Assembly (NCBI GenBank): GCA_025603075.1
Contig: MU626259.1
Location: 248,001-312,000, forward strand
Direction: 5' to 3'
DNA length: 64,000 nucleotides
From: Neoconidiobolus thromboides FSU 785
Lineage: Eukaryota; Fungi; Entomophthoromycota
In this document: positions 11,498 to 26,027 of the stretch, piece after piece
How the letters are laid out: every line of letters starts with the position of its first letter
How positions within the stretch are numbered: position 1 is the first letter of the stretch
Position numbers and translations under genes: made by a program
The notes under the pieces: generated by a model
What the model was told of the DNA's origin: nothing
The model's input: the letters and a program-made list of their open reading frames with translations, nothing else
The model's database searches: none

Positions 11498-12526
11498 GAA
11501 AGGTAATGAAACATAGATAATGATTTTTTGATTTTTTTTTGTAAAATAATAATTGTTTTATTTAATAGCCCCCGTTTACATTACTCTCTCTTAAACACTC
11601 TTTTACTTAACTCTCTCTTTTTTTTTGAGTTTTTGTTAAATCTTGTTTTTGAAAAAAAATCAGACTTGCTGATTCGCTCGTTGATGTGATGAAACTACCT
11701 TGGTGGAAATTTTTATGATGATTTTGTCAAATTAGAATCAGAGCAGAAATTTCCGAAATTTATAGAGGTTGTGTTCAATTTCTTTAAAATGTTGAGAATT
11801 TATAGAAATTTCGGTAAAAATTACTTAATTTTAGTGTTTTCATTTATTAATTACTAATACAAATACCCAAACTATCTATAGCTCAATTAATATTAATATA
11901 TTGGTAGAATAACTAATAAAATTCAAACAATAGGAGTCCTAAAATTTCTTAATATCAATGTCTATACTAGTTCTTTTCATAAATAGTCTTAAATTGCTCT
12001 TTTTTAAAATAGGGAGGGTTACTAGCTACAACCATAATTTTAACTTTTCTAGCACATATTTTTTTTGATCAGAAATTATTTTAATAAAGAGTCTAATATT
12101 TTATTCCAGTTTTTTTACTATTGCAATTATATACCCCTACCAATATTTCTAAATGAGAATTCAGATAATTATTAAAATATCTAATAATAGGTTAATACAC
12201 AAATTCATGACTAATAATATGAACATTGAATTTTCAAGCTTGATGAGATAATAGCCTGAATAGCATCAAAAAATCATGGAATTTTTTTATGAATCATGCT
12301 TCATCATGCTAGAAAGCATATTATCATTGATTTAAATTAAACGTGAATAAATTTCAAAAATTGTAATTATAATCATTTAATAGTTTGAATAATGGGGCTA
12401 GAAATAAATAAGCAAAAGCTTAAAATAAGAATGGTAACAAAATCAAAATTTTTATTCCCGTTTAGTTAGATCCAGCAACAAAAACCATGCTAAAACTAGT
12501 AACATTTTAAAATTTTAGAATCAACT

Positions 12527-12534
12527 TGAGTCAT
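12527..12534. promoter_or_regulatory. Gcn4/CpcA-type AP-1 site (TGAGTCAT) upstream of homocitrate synthase
   Basis: Exact TGA(C/G)TCA core about 350 bp upstream of the ATG at 12881 of an amino-acid biosynthesis gene. Confidence 0.5.
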
Positions 12535-12880
12535 CTTTTATCGACCCAAAGATAGATAATCAATATCAATCAAAATCATCTAATTGGTCACTGTAGCACC
12601 AAATCATTGACAAATTAATTTCAACACATTGAGTTATAGTCAATTGTCTATATTTAGTTACTAGCACATTAATTTTGTATAATGTAGTATAGTAAATGAG
12701 GGGGTAAACATTGGAGTAGCTTGTGGATAAAAAGTATAAATAGCTGGTTTATTTTATTTATGGTTTATTGAATTTTTTTTAAAAAAGTTTTTATATTTTT
12801 TTAATATCTATATATTATTACTCTATATTTCTATATATTACAATTTATCATCTCCTTATAAATTAAACTAAATAAAAAAA

Positions 12881-14320
<1,440 letters not shown>

Positions 14321-15339
14321 AGGAAGTGAAGTAGAGTCAATGTTATAATAAATATCTATATATTTATTGGGTGTTTTAGTTATTTTAATTTTACTATATT
14401 TAGTTAAAGTTAACTACTTTTTTGGTTTAAATTGTTCTTGAAGTTAAAAATAGGTAGTTAATAAAGGTTTTTTAGTTATTCTTGAAATATGTTTCTATCA
14501 ATTTGTAAAATCGATTCAAAAATCCATATTTTAGTAAACGAGCGACAAATAATCCTTCTTTTTTATGAAAATTAAAGCCTTAAAACAGAGTATGTATATC
14601 CAAATGGCAACACAATAAAGCACTTGAAGTTATAACAATAAGCTGTAGTCAAAAAGATGCAAAACAATGTCCTTAAGGGACCTATGTAAGGTATAGAATA
14701 AAACTAAAGTCAACAAACAACAATGATAATTTATATTTTTTGTTAAATCAATCATTTCACTTTTATTTGAGGTCGATTTAAAATTAATAAGATACATGGC
14801 CGTCAAGTACAATGAAATAAATTGAATCTTTTATAAAATTTGTAATGTTAGCTCTAAAATGTAGAGTTTTGTTTTTAAAAATACATACTAAACTAGAGGG
14901 CTAATAATGGGTTTATTTGTGAAGAAACATTCTTGAATTGAAACAATATCTATAAACGAGTAAGAACATTAAAAATAAGAAATATTTATTGATAAGAACC
15001 TGAGGTCCAAGAAATATTTGACAATCTGATTTCAAGTCATTGATGGCCCCTTTTAGTCCTTAAAAATGGTCAAACTCTGGTGAATTATTGTCTCATTATG
15101 GAACTAAATTAATAAAGGGAAATTTAAAAGAGCAATGTTGGAACTGAGATGAGAATACATAAAAAGAATAAAAATAAAGCTATAAGTTTATTTTTATTTA
15201 AACAATGGTATAAATAAGCGATCAGGTCTCTTCAACACCTACATGTAATTTAATACTCTATTTTTCAACCTGTTTCCAAGCTTTAATTATATATTTATAA
15301 AACTTTACCTACTTTGATGATTAGCAATTTTAGGTATTA

Positions 15340-15444
15340 ATATGTGGATATATTTTTTTATTTAATAATTTTTCGAATAATTTTTCCATTCAAATAGCAC
15401 TTAAGAAATGGAAAAAGTGATGAAACCAAAAAAACATCCATATG
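15340..15444 (+). mobile_element. ~105-bp MITE-like repeat (family A), degenerate copy
   Basis: Matches consensus ATATGGGGATGTATTTTTGTGTTTAAGAATTTTACTAACAAATTTTCCACTCAAATAGTGCTTAAAAAATGGAAAAAGTAATGAAGCCAAAAAAAACATCCCCATAT. Confidence 0.75.
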
Positions 15445-16592
15445 ATTCCCTTTTTTGTCAATATACAAAAAGTAGAAACTTTACTATTAATGTATCTTAT
15501 CTGTCTTGTTTTGTAACAGTCTGTATATATTAGTGTTTATTAGGATTCATTTATGAAGAAATTAAATCAGACACACTTTACGCTCTTTTTATTTTTATGG
15601 TATATATGTATAACTTTATGATCATGGTATTACTGTACATGGACTCAGATCCCCCTTCTCCCGAAAATGAACAACGTTCATCAAATGTGTATTTAATTGC
15701 TTTTTTTGTTGTTTTGGATTTTATTCTTCTAATCTTCCCTTTTGTTCTTATCTTTTCATATATTATACTGTTATTTGATAGTACTTTATCAAAAAAAGTC
15801 ACAGATAATTGAAAACCCTTCATAACATCAATTTAAGAACGTTAACAAATATAGTTAGTTTTAAGTTAAGATTTACTTTTTTCTAATTTTAATTAATCAA
15901 AAGAAAGAGGTATATAATAAATACTACGAAATCTATTATTTCAGACACATCTTATAAATGATCACAAGAAGCTTATGATACTAAAGCTAACCTAAAAAGC
16001 GATATTTAACCAGCATAAATACAAAGGAAAGTCTCTAGATGAGGAGTACTATGGTTAATATACGATAGTTACTGCTGATAGTTTTTATTTTATAGTCTTC
16101 CAGTTCATATACTTCTTTCCCGATCAAAATCTTCTTGATAGTTGTTGATTATAGTAAACTCTGCTTTAGGCACGTATGTTTAAAAATAGATCGAAAAAAT
16201 AAATGGTAGCTTGGTTTAACTATTTAAGTATATCTTTTGGGCACTCATAGGCGACCAAACCTTAATAAATCATCATTTGATTATTTATGAGAATGTTAGG
16301 AAAAAGTATATAAAAAGATGCAAAAATAGATAAAGATAATTAGCCTCAATATATATATATATTTGATAAATATATATTTGACTCCGTTTCTTCGGTTCCT
16401 ATATATGGTTTTAATCTCAACTTATTTTAATTATTTCTAAATTTTTGTCTAAACCTTTATAAAAACTACAGCTATTCTGATAGTCCAATAATTCTAAGCC
16501 TTAGTACTCTTGTCGTTCTTCTATATTTATGTAGGAAGATGGATAATTTTAAAATGTTTAAAGTTTACACCTATTTCAATGGTGAACTCTCT

Positions 16593-16700
16593 ATATGGGA
16601 ATATATTTTTGTGTTTAAGAATTTTATTAACGATCTTTCTGCTCAAATAGCGCTTAAAAGATAGAAAAAGTGATGAAGTCAAAAAAACATACTCACACCA
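16593..16700 (+). mobile_element. MITE-like family A copy
   Basis: Contains gtgtttaagaattttattaacgatctttctgctcaaatagcgcttaaaagatagaaaaagtgatgaagtcaaaaaaacat. Confidence 0.8.
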
Positions 16701-17302
16701 TACCTTGAAGCAGCTGTTTTAGTTGTTTTATATGTGGTACTTCATAATATTTTACTATGCCTGTTTATTATAACTTAACCAATACTATTTTTGAATCTAG
16801 TTTATTAATGGATGCTAGAAATATTGAGCCTTTTTTCAAAACGATCGAGTCACGTATAACCCTTTTTTGGATCATACATTCCAGAAAAATTTTGCAAAAA
16901 GGTGTATGACTCTACTTATAGTTTTATTTTTTATTATGTATAAAACCTTGTGAATATTTATAAGTAACCTATTCTTTTAAATCAAATAGTATGCGTTAAG
17001 ATCAGGATCAACTTCTATCATCAAAAAATAAGAGCTTATAAATATTGATAAATTCAAAATGCTATCTGATATCCCATTTAATACTAGTTGCTATATTTAT
17101 ATAAATAAATATTATTTAATATGATTCGAGGTCTTAAAATAAGAATTTAGTAAAAAATCAGTTTCAAAATAAATTTGAAAAAATTGCAAATTTTAAAGCT
17201 AATTTGTTACAATTATACAAAGGAATTTCAAGCTAATAATTAAAACATCAAAAATCAAATTTTCTTAATTTTATCTTTTTATAAGAAAATATACTGAGCA
17301 AG

Positions 17303-18612
17303 ATGGGTGACGCAGGATTTTTTAGAGTAAAATAGACCAAGAGAATACAATAAAACATTAACAAATAATAGGGTACGAGTACAACACAAGACTCACGATT
17401 TTCAGATAAAGAGAAGCGATTATTAAAAACCATGAAGTTTCCAAAATGTTTTGAAAAAAAGGTAAAATTTAAATTAAACTGATCACGTTTAATACTATTA
17501 TGAACTTGAATTTTCAATACAAATTGAATATTTAATATTCAATCAAAATGGCCATATGAAACTTTAACTAAAACACTCAGTTTTTATATGTAATTTTATA
17601 ATACACTCACTTACAAATACTTTGGACAACTATTCAGGTGGAAATGAAAAAGGTGGAGATGACAGTAATAAAATCATGGATCTCTAAAAGAGTAACTGAA
17701 ATTCTTGGTTTTGAAGATGAAGTGGTTATTGGTTTTATCTTTGGTTTATTAGAAGAAGAAGTAAGCTTTTGATTTTTTAGTTTTAAATAATACTAATCGA
17801 GATAATTTGAATCAATAAAGAAAGTTGATCCAAAACGTAGTCAAATTAATATTACTGGTTTTTTGGAACAAAATGCAGCCACTTTTATGAAAGAGTTATG
17901 GGAACTTCTATTAAGTGCTCAAGAATCTCCAAATGGTATTCCACAAAAGTTTATTGAAGAGAAAAAACAAGAGATTTTAAATAAAAAGGTAAATAGTGAG
18001 TTGAAGTTGGATAAAGTTTTTAATAGTCTATATTTATGATAGAAAGAAGAAGAAGAAATGTTAAAAAGAGTTCATAAAGAAATGGAAAAAGAAAAAGATT
18101 ATGTTAGAGAATCTTTAGAACATTATCATCATAGAGTAAGTTCAAAACAAACCCTCATTATTTTGATTTCAGGAATAACATCCTAATTTCAATAGGATCC
18201 CGAAAACTATCGTAGAGAAAACCATCGAGAGCGAGAAAGAGTCCATGATAGCAGCTCTAGATATTCAAGAACCGATCGCTATCGTCGACAAATTTCAAGA
18301 TCGCCATCGCCACATAATCGTTCAAAAGAAAGGAACACTAGAAGATCCCCATCACCTAAACGTTATCGTTCAAAAGAAAGAAGTTCTAGAAGATCCCCTT
18401 CCCCTTATTCGAATCGTCGTTCTAGACGTGATGATTACTATGCTTCAAATAGACGTCGCGAGAGAGATAATGGTAGAGATGGTGAGAGAAGTAAAGAGCG
18501 TTATGAACGTCGTGAGAGAGATGGGGAGAAAAGTAAAGAAGGTTACGAACGCCGTGGTGATAGAGAGAGTGGAAAAAATAAGGAGGATCATGAACATGAG
18601 TCTAAGGATTAA
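17303..18612 (+). CDS. SRRM1: PWI-domain SR-related splicing coactivator (SRRM1/SRm160-like), about 6 exons
   Basis: Spliced MGDAGFFR|GTSTTQDSRFSDKEKRLLKTMKFP...WISKRVTEILGFEDEVVIGF...QINITGFL...FMKELWELLLSAQESPNGIP, followed by an RS/RD-rich tail with RSPSP repeats. Confidence 0.93.
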
Positions 18613-18790
18613 AGATTGAGTAATTTTCTTGATTATTTTTTGTTTTAATATTTAGATTTTTATATCGAATAATAACAGTAAAATAAAAAACAAAAAAGAA
18701 TAAAAAGTAAATAGAATGAACTTTAATCTTATGAAAAATAAAAATAAATTGTAATAAAACTGTGGAGTTATCACTCAAAGATAAATTCCT

Positions 18791-19642
18791 TTAAACTGCT
18801 TTCAATAATTTATAATGCTCTAAACCACAGCTTAATTTTTTTGTTTTTGGATCACAATATTTTTTAGGTAAATTACAATCTTTAACTTCACACTTTAATT
18901 TTTCTTTTACTACTGGAGTTTCCTTAAACCTATCAAGTAATCCCACTTGTTCTTCCGGAAATGATAAAGTTTTATTACCTTCTTTATCAATTCTAAATGA
19001 AATACAATCTTTATTCACTTTATCTTCTACTTTCTCATTAACTTCTTTATTATCACTTTTTGATTTTTTATTCGCTTGTTTCTTTAACAATCTATTGATT
19101 GTATCTAATTTATCTCTCTCTTGTTTTTGTTGAGATTGATGTTTTCTTTTTCGTGCCGTTTCATATCTTTTGAGTGCTGCTTCTTCTACTGATAATACTT
19201 TTTTTTTATTTTCTGGTTTTAATTCCAATAATTCTTCGTCATATTCATCTAAATATTTTGCTTTTTGTCGACGAGTTAGTTGATTTTTATTCATAGACAC
19301 ACTAGCTTCCATAAATTCTTCTTCCTCTTCTTCTTCAGACAAAGGTTCGACTATTTTTGGTTTACTTCGGCGACTACTACTTGGCCGAATCACTTCTTCT
19401 TCACTCTCATCTTCACTTTCAGGTATTACTTCTTTTTTCTTTTTACTTGGTTTGCTACGTTTCGATTTACTGTTATTAGATTTGGTAGTCTTAGATTTCG
19501 ATTTTGAGCGTGTAGTCATCTGTTTTTCTTCGTAGTAATCTTCATTGTCTTCTTGCTCCATGGGTGGCGAACTATAAAATTCATCATCTTGAGCATTGGA
19601 TTTGGTTTCTACTTCAGTCAATGAGGAAGGAGAGCTGGACAT
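18791..19642 (-). CDS. IES2: INO80 complex subunit B (Ies2; PAPA-1 domain + zf-HIT-like C-terminus)
   Basis: Acidic N-terminus, LTRRQ, EEAALKR-x-E-x-ARKRK...DTINRLLKKQA, C-terminal CEVKDC...YCDPKTKKLSCGLEHYK. Confidence 0.88.
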   Translation of the reverse strand: MSSSPSSLTEVETKSNAQDDEFYSSPPMEQEDNEDYYEEKQMTTRSKSKSKTTKSNNSKSKRSKPSKKKKEVIPESEDESEEEVIRPSSSRRSKPKIVEPLSEEEEEEEFMEASVSMNKNQLTRRQKAKYLDEYDEELLELKPENKKKVLSVEEAALKRYETARKRKHQSQQKQERDKLDTINRLLKKQANKKSKSDNKEVNEKVEDKVNKDCISFRIDKEGNKTLSFPEEQVGLLDRFKETPVVKEKLKCEVKDCNLPKKYCDPKTKKLSCGLEHYKLLKAV

Positions 19643-19843
19643 TGCGTTTGGTATTTTTTTATAATGATTGGAGTTTGCTTTTGATTTTATTTTGCTGCTG
19701 TTTCGTTAAAGTGCAATAAAGAGAATAAAAAATTTTGAAAGTTATTTTAATTCAAGTAACAATTTATCGTTGGATTCTATTCCTTATTATCCTTTTGCTC
19801 CCATATTTACCCACCTGAGGTTGGATGGTTATTAACCTTCTAT

Positions 19844-20087
19844 CCAATCATTCAACTCCCTTCTATTGGAGACTGAGTTTAAGCTTGTGCATAGTCACTA
19901 CTTAAAAAACTTGAAAAAAATTCTTTGAAGAACGCATCTGCTGGTTCCAGCCAATAAAATTTGTTTTTAACATACTTTAAATTCTTGATTTGTTGATATT
20001 CAATTTTTATCTACTTCATCCAATGGCTTTGAGTTCCTTTCCACCAATCATTATCTAAAATGTATCAGAAACCAAAGGAACCAATCA
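19844..20087. promoter_or_regulatory. CCAAT-box cluster in the divergent IES2/SND1 promoter
   Basis: Six CCAAT/ATTGG pentamers in about 245 bp, three of them as CCAATCA. Confidence 0.45.
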
Positions 20088-20264
20088 CTCGAGGTATAGA
20101 TTCCACCATCAATATAAAAATCAAAAAAGCAAAAGCATATCTACAAACACATTCATAATAACACTTTTATTTTTACAACAAAATAGAAATATTTGCATAA
20201 CAATCAACAATTGACGCTCAATAGCAGTAATACTATCAAAAAGAAGAAAAATAGCGATACAAAA

Positions 20265-23256
20265 ATGAATCAAGCTAAACTTATGCATGGAATAGTGAAA
20301 TCCGTTGTTTCAGGGGATACCGTAATTTTACGTGGTAGTCCAAAAAACAATCAACCACCACCGGAAAGGATGTTAACATTAAATTTTGTAACGGCTCCTA
20401 GATTACCTAATTTTAAAAAAGGCATTGAGGAAGAGGTAGGCTCTAGAGGTTATTAATAATATAATAAATGAATTACTTATTTCTTTCATATATAGAGGTA
20501 CTCCTTTGAATCCCGAAATTTCCTTCGAAAACTTGTGGCTGGTAAATCTGTTCAATTTAAAGTCACCTTTGTGTCCACTGGGGGGCGAGAATATGGTAGC
20601 ATATTCCTTGGGGATGAAGATATATCCATTAAAATGGTAGAATTTGGTTGGTGTTATATTAAAGAAAATACCAAATTTAATGAAGAAGATACTAAATTAA
20701 TGGAAATATTAACTTCAAAACAACAAAATGCTAAAGACCAGCAGTTAGGAAAATGGAATACTGAAGGAAAGGTAAAAATATTTTAAATAAAATGTAAAAG
20801 AGGAAGTACTAATAAAAGTTTGTTTTTTAGTCTGTTACAGTTAATACTAACTTCCCAGAAGATAGTCGTGTATTGTTAAATAAATTCAAAGGGAAGAAGC
20901 TAAAGGGTAAAAATATCATTATTTGTCTAAATAATGATAAAAATTAATACTTGATTTTTAGCTTTTATTGAACAAACTTTTGATGCTACTTTATTAAAAT
21001 TATACGTTACTTTACCAGATGAAGAAAATTCTAATGAATTTATTCAACAAGCATTATTGTTTCAAATTTCTGGTATTAAGGCACCAGCTATTCGCAAAGG
21101 TACCAATGGTCAACCAGATACTATTGAGCCTTTTGCTGAAGAAGTAAGTTCATTATTGTTAATCAAATGAAACAATTTAATTTGATAATTATTATAATTT
21201 TAAAGGCAAAATTTTTTATTGAGTCTCGTTTACTTCAAAAAGATATTGAAGTGATATTAGAAGGATTAAATAATAATACTTTATGTGGTACCATCTTACA
21301 TCCAGCTGGTAATATTGCTGAAGCTTTAGTATCCAGCGGGTTGGCTAAAGTAGTAGATTGGACTATAACTATGGTAACCGGGGGGCCAAGTAATTTAAGA
21401 AAATGTGAAAAATTAGCTAAAGAAAAACGACTAAAATTATGGAAATCACATGTAATTAATGAAACTAGTAAAAAAGAAGGCAATAATTTTGAGGGTATTG
21501 TTAGTTTTATTGCTAATGGGGATAGTATTCATGTGATTAGTAAGGATACTAATATTGAAAAAAAAATTCAATTTTCTAGTATTAGAGCACCTAAGGTTAA
21601 GGATTCAAAAGAAGCTGGCTATGCTTATCAAGCTAAAGAATATTTAAGAAAATTGTTAATTGGTAAGCAAGTTAAAGTTAAAATTGATTATATTAAACCG
21701 GCTTCGGATGGTTTTGAAGAAAAAGCATGTGCTTCAGTTCAATTTAATAATAAAAACCTCGGTGTTCAGTTATTAGAAAAAGGGCTCGCCTTTATCATTC
21801 GACATAAAAAAGAAGATGATAATCGAGCAAGCAATTATGATGATTTAATGGTAGCCGAAGAAAAAGCCAAAGAAGCACAAATTGGCGTTTATAGTAATAA
21901 AGAGCCACCCACAGTAAGATTTACCGATGCTTCGGAATCTTTAGCAAAAGCAAAGCAATTTCTATCCTTTTTTCAACGTTCTGGAAAGATCTCTGCCGTG
22001 GTTGAACATATCGCTAATGCCTCGCGATTCCGCTTATTTGTTCCATCACAAAATTGTAAAATTGCCTTTATTTTAAGTGGTATCAAAGTACCTAAAGTAG
22101 CACGTAATGAGAATGAAAAATCAGAGCCATTTGGTGAAGAAGGTTTGAAATTTGCACAAAATTTAGCGTTACAAAGAGATGTGGAATTGGAAATTGAAGG
22201 GACAGATAAAAATGGAGCATTTATTGGCAGTTTGTTTATTAATAAAACAAATCTTGCGGTCAGGTTATTAGAGAATGGTTTGGCAACGATTTTTGAAGTG
22301 TCAGCTGATCAATCTGCATATTCTAATCAATTATATGCAGCTGAAACTAATGCAAGAAATAAAAAATTAAAAATTTGGACTACTATTAAGGAGGAGGACT
22401 ATGAAGAAGAAGATGATGATATTGAAAAACTTAAATCTCAAAAAATTGAAAGAGTGAAATTAGTAGTATCCGAAATCGTTGATGGGAATAAATTTTATGT
22501 ACAGATAGTGAATCAAGAAATTGAATTATTAGAAAAAATGATGGCTGAATTTTCAATCCATCATTCAACACCTATTTCTAATAATAACTTCAGTCCTAAA
22601 GTGAATTTGATTTGTTCTGCTAAATTTTCCTTAGATAATCAATGGTATAGAGCCAAGGTTAAGAGAATTTCAGGGGGTAAAGCAGAAGTTTTATATATTG
22701 ATTATGGCAATTCGGAATTAGTACCTTTGAGTAATTTACGTCCAATTCCAGATAAGTTTACTAAGCTTAAATCACAAGCTATTGAAGCTAAATTAGCTTA
22801 TTTGAAAGTACCTACTTTAGATAAAGATTATGGTAATGAAGCATTAAATGTATTTAGAGAATTAGTAGAGGTAAGGATAATAAAATAAAAAACAGTTTAA
22901 TTAATACTTATTTATTTTAAATTGAACTAAATTAGGGTAAACAATTGAATGCAACAATTGAAGCTAGAACATCAGGAGTAACTCATCTTTGTTTATATAT
23001 GGGAGATCATTATAATTTTCCAAAGAGTATTAATGCGGAAATGTTACGTAGTGGTTATGCTATTATTGAAAAGAAGGAAAAATTGCCAATGAACTTAAGA
23101 GTACGTGAAAATGAAATTGGATTTTTAAATAACATTCAGGAACATGTGAAAAAAGAAAGGGTAAATTTATATTATTTTTATTTATTTATTTATTTATTGT
23201 TTTTTATTTAGTTGGGTATGTGGGAATTTGGTGAAGTTGCTGATGATGATGAATAG
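20265..23256 (+). CDS. SND1: Tudor staphylococcal nuclease (4 SN domains + Tudor), multi-exon
   Basis: GIVKSVVSGDTVILRG, GNIAEALVSSGLAKVVDW, AKEYLRKLLIGKQV, AKFSLDNQWYRA, YIDYGNSE, C-terminal G-M-W-E-F-G-E-V-A-DDDE. ORFs 20193, 20535, 21167 and 22945 are joined by GT-AG introns. Confidence 0.96.
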
Positions 23257-23453
23257 TATTAAATTTAATATTAATAAAAGAAAGATACTTTATATTTTTA
23301 TTAAGCTTATTAGGATTTATTTTTAATTATGCATTTTATAGCTCAATCTTACTTGAATTTAATGATATCAGTTATGGTCAACTGTGGGTAGGAAATTGTA
23401 CAATTACAACCAGCCTAATTAAAGGTTAATACGAATATACCATAATGCTGTTA

Positions 23454-25413
23454 TTAGATTACTTCAATAATAAAATTGAATTCTTCAAATAATAAATTCG
23501 ACTGTTAATTTATTTGATTATTATTGTTATTATACTGTTACTATTATCTTACTTTTAATTGATATCTATCTTTAATCCCCATTGATACATAATCTGATGC
23601 CTAATATTATATTTTTATTATATTATTAAATACATTTAATAGTATATTATTCTTACAGTGCAGCTTAATAATTTTATTGCTGCTTCATTAGTGATATCTA
23701 GTTTATTTAACATACCACTCTCATCAATTAAACTACATACATTATTCAACCAAAAATAGATATTATTGGATTTGAATGGGATTTTACATTTATGACAAAC
23801 TATTGTTTCAAATTTAAATAATTCACTGTTTTTACAACTATCACTAATAAAAATAATAAATAAATATTAATATTATATTAGTAATATTATTTATATTACC
23901 ATTTAAAATAAACAATTTTATTACTATCTTGATCAATATTCAAACAACACAATATACTCTTTATATTAAATTTAGCAATTTCTATTAAGCTGTTAATATT
24001 GTTTTATACTATTCAAATATATTTTTATTACGATGAGCTTCAAGGGTTATTAATTGATATTTTAAATCTTTTATGTTTTTTATTTGTCCTAATTCTAAAT
24101 TAAATAATGATCAATATCAAGCTTGATAATAAAATTAAATTAAATTAAATTAATATTTACCAATATAAATCATTGGTAATTTAGATTGGTTATTATTAAT
24201 ATGATTCATTTGATCACGAATCCACTATTAGTATAATAGTTAATAAATATAACATAATATTATTATATTTGTATTTTACTTGATTATTAATACAACTTGG
24301 ATTAATTTCAATAAATGAATTAAATCCAATACTAATTTGAATATTTCCTCTAAATACATCTACATTTGGTTGAGTAATCAATAAAGCTAACAAAATAATG
24401 TTATTCATATCATTCATGTTATTTCGTATTGTTTATGTTATCTATGTTATCTTATTTATATTACCTGTTTCAAATACGACCCAATCGTTGGCCATTAAAG
24501 TTAAATCCCCCCATAATGTTATTTCAGCAGTAGATAATTCTTGATCAACTACTTTTATTGTTCGTTTATTACTACTTCCATATTTTGTTTTTATAATTTG
24601 AGTTTCCATGATCTATGATAAAATTAAAATCAATTATATTAATCTTATTATAATCTTATTATTTAATTAATACATTTACAACCCCAAGTAATATTTTACC
24701 ATCAAAATATTGTTTTTGATTTCCGATTTGACTTCTTACTGATTTTAAATAATTAATTTTAAATAATTTATTATCATAACCAATTGGTTTTTTAAATAAT
24801 TTATTGTTATTATTATCTTCAATTAATATCTTTATATTTCCAATCATGAATAATATTTGATCAATTTCTAGCCATTTACTTAATCCAAAGGGATGATTAA
24901 TACTTGGATTGTATAATACCATTTCATCCATTTCTACTCCTTTGCATTTCGCTTGAATTACTCCTACTAAATCATCTAACTTAAATATAAATATTAAATA
25001 AACTAGTTAAAATAATATAATAAAATATTATACTACCTTTATAGTTGACTTAACTTTAGAGTATATTTTAATAGGTATAATATCAATATCATCTTTGATT
25101 AAAATTAATTGATAATATCCATATGTATTTTCTAAGTTATCAATATCAGTAATGTTATCAATACTATTTTATTTATCTACTATCTTTTGTAGTATGCGGT
25201 TTACAATCATTTATATTTATAACTCTTCCTAATATAATATTTAATTTAGCATTATGATTATTAAACACGTTCATACCTTTAAGATTCTAAAAGATATTAC
25301 TTAATCATTGTATCTATATACTATAAACTTACAATATTTGAACTCCCCACTTTAACGTCTTTTATAGTTAACACCTTAATATTATTTTTATTGATATCAT
25401 TTCGATGATTCAT
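23454..25413 (-). CDS. MEIOB: MEIOB-like / RPA1-related three-OB-fold ssDNA-binding protein with C4 zinc finger, about 13 exons
   Basis: Manual splicing gives an open frame: ...NLKGRVININD...KRTIKVVDQELSTAEITLWGDLTLMANDWVVFETALLIT...FIEINP...LNIDQDSNKIVYFKCDSC-x12-CHKC...LIDESGMLNKLDITNEAAIKLLSCTASDYVSMGIKDRYQLKSNLLFEEF. It is collinear with remembered MEIOB motifs (W-x-x-x-ET, LNID...K-x-V-x-x-x-C-x-x-C, D-x-x-G-x-L...LGCT...M...LK...L-x-E). The ORF track shows only fragments 24214 and 24659. Confidence 0.75.
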
Positions 25414-26027
25414 TTTTATTTAATTATCAGTTCTCTATTCTATATTCTCCATTCTCTTTTTATACTTTTGTAATTGACTATCCCAAAGCTTATAACATAT
25501 ACATATTATTCTACCTATAATAGTTTGATAAAATGCATTAATTTTATTTATACATTATTATTAAAACCAGTACTTTTTTATACTAAGCTTTTGAATAAAA
25601 TTAATAAGCTATTACTATTAAATTAAGTTTTCGTTATATTTTAATTATTATTGAAACTTGGATTAATACGATTAAAAATTAGGTCCAAATAATGAAGTAG
25701 TTGAATGCATTTTTTAATAAAATATTAGTATCTATTTTCAATAAGCATAAATCAAAGTGATAAGTGGTATAATAATCAATATTAAGCTAAAAGGTGTATT
25801 ATAAATATATAAAGGTAATAAACATTTTAAAATAGTTTAATGAAATAAAAGTAAGTGATATTGTTTAATATTATAAACTAAGTGCATATTAAATTATTAA
25901 TGAATTTATTATCTGAGAATTTAAAATGACTAGAATACAAGGACAAATGTATAATCACACAAAAAACAATAATAAAAATGTTTTAAAAATAAGTTATCTT
26001 TAATAATAATAAATTAACAAAATTTGC

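Noticed and set aside
11680-11750. Possible C/D-box snoRNA (GTGATGA, ATGATGA)
   Set aside because: No properly placed CTGA D box or terminal stem was found.
17248-17517. Minus-strand 89-aa ORF
   Set aside because: It is an antisense shadow of SRRM1 exons 1-2.
18245-18619. 124-aa ORF in the track
   Set aside because: It is an alternative frame of the RS-rich last exon of the SRRM1-like gene.
20265-23256. Tudor-SN as part of a local defence cluster
   Set aside because: It is a conserved housekeeping gene, and nothing in the neighbourhood shows a functional link beyond proximity.
25150-25210. Apparent in-frame TAA suggesting that the MEIOB-like gene is a pseudogene
   Set aside because: A 49-nt GTAGAT...TTAG intron removes the stop and keeps the frame.
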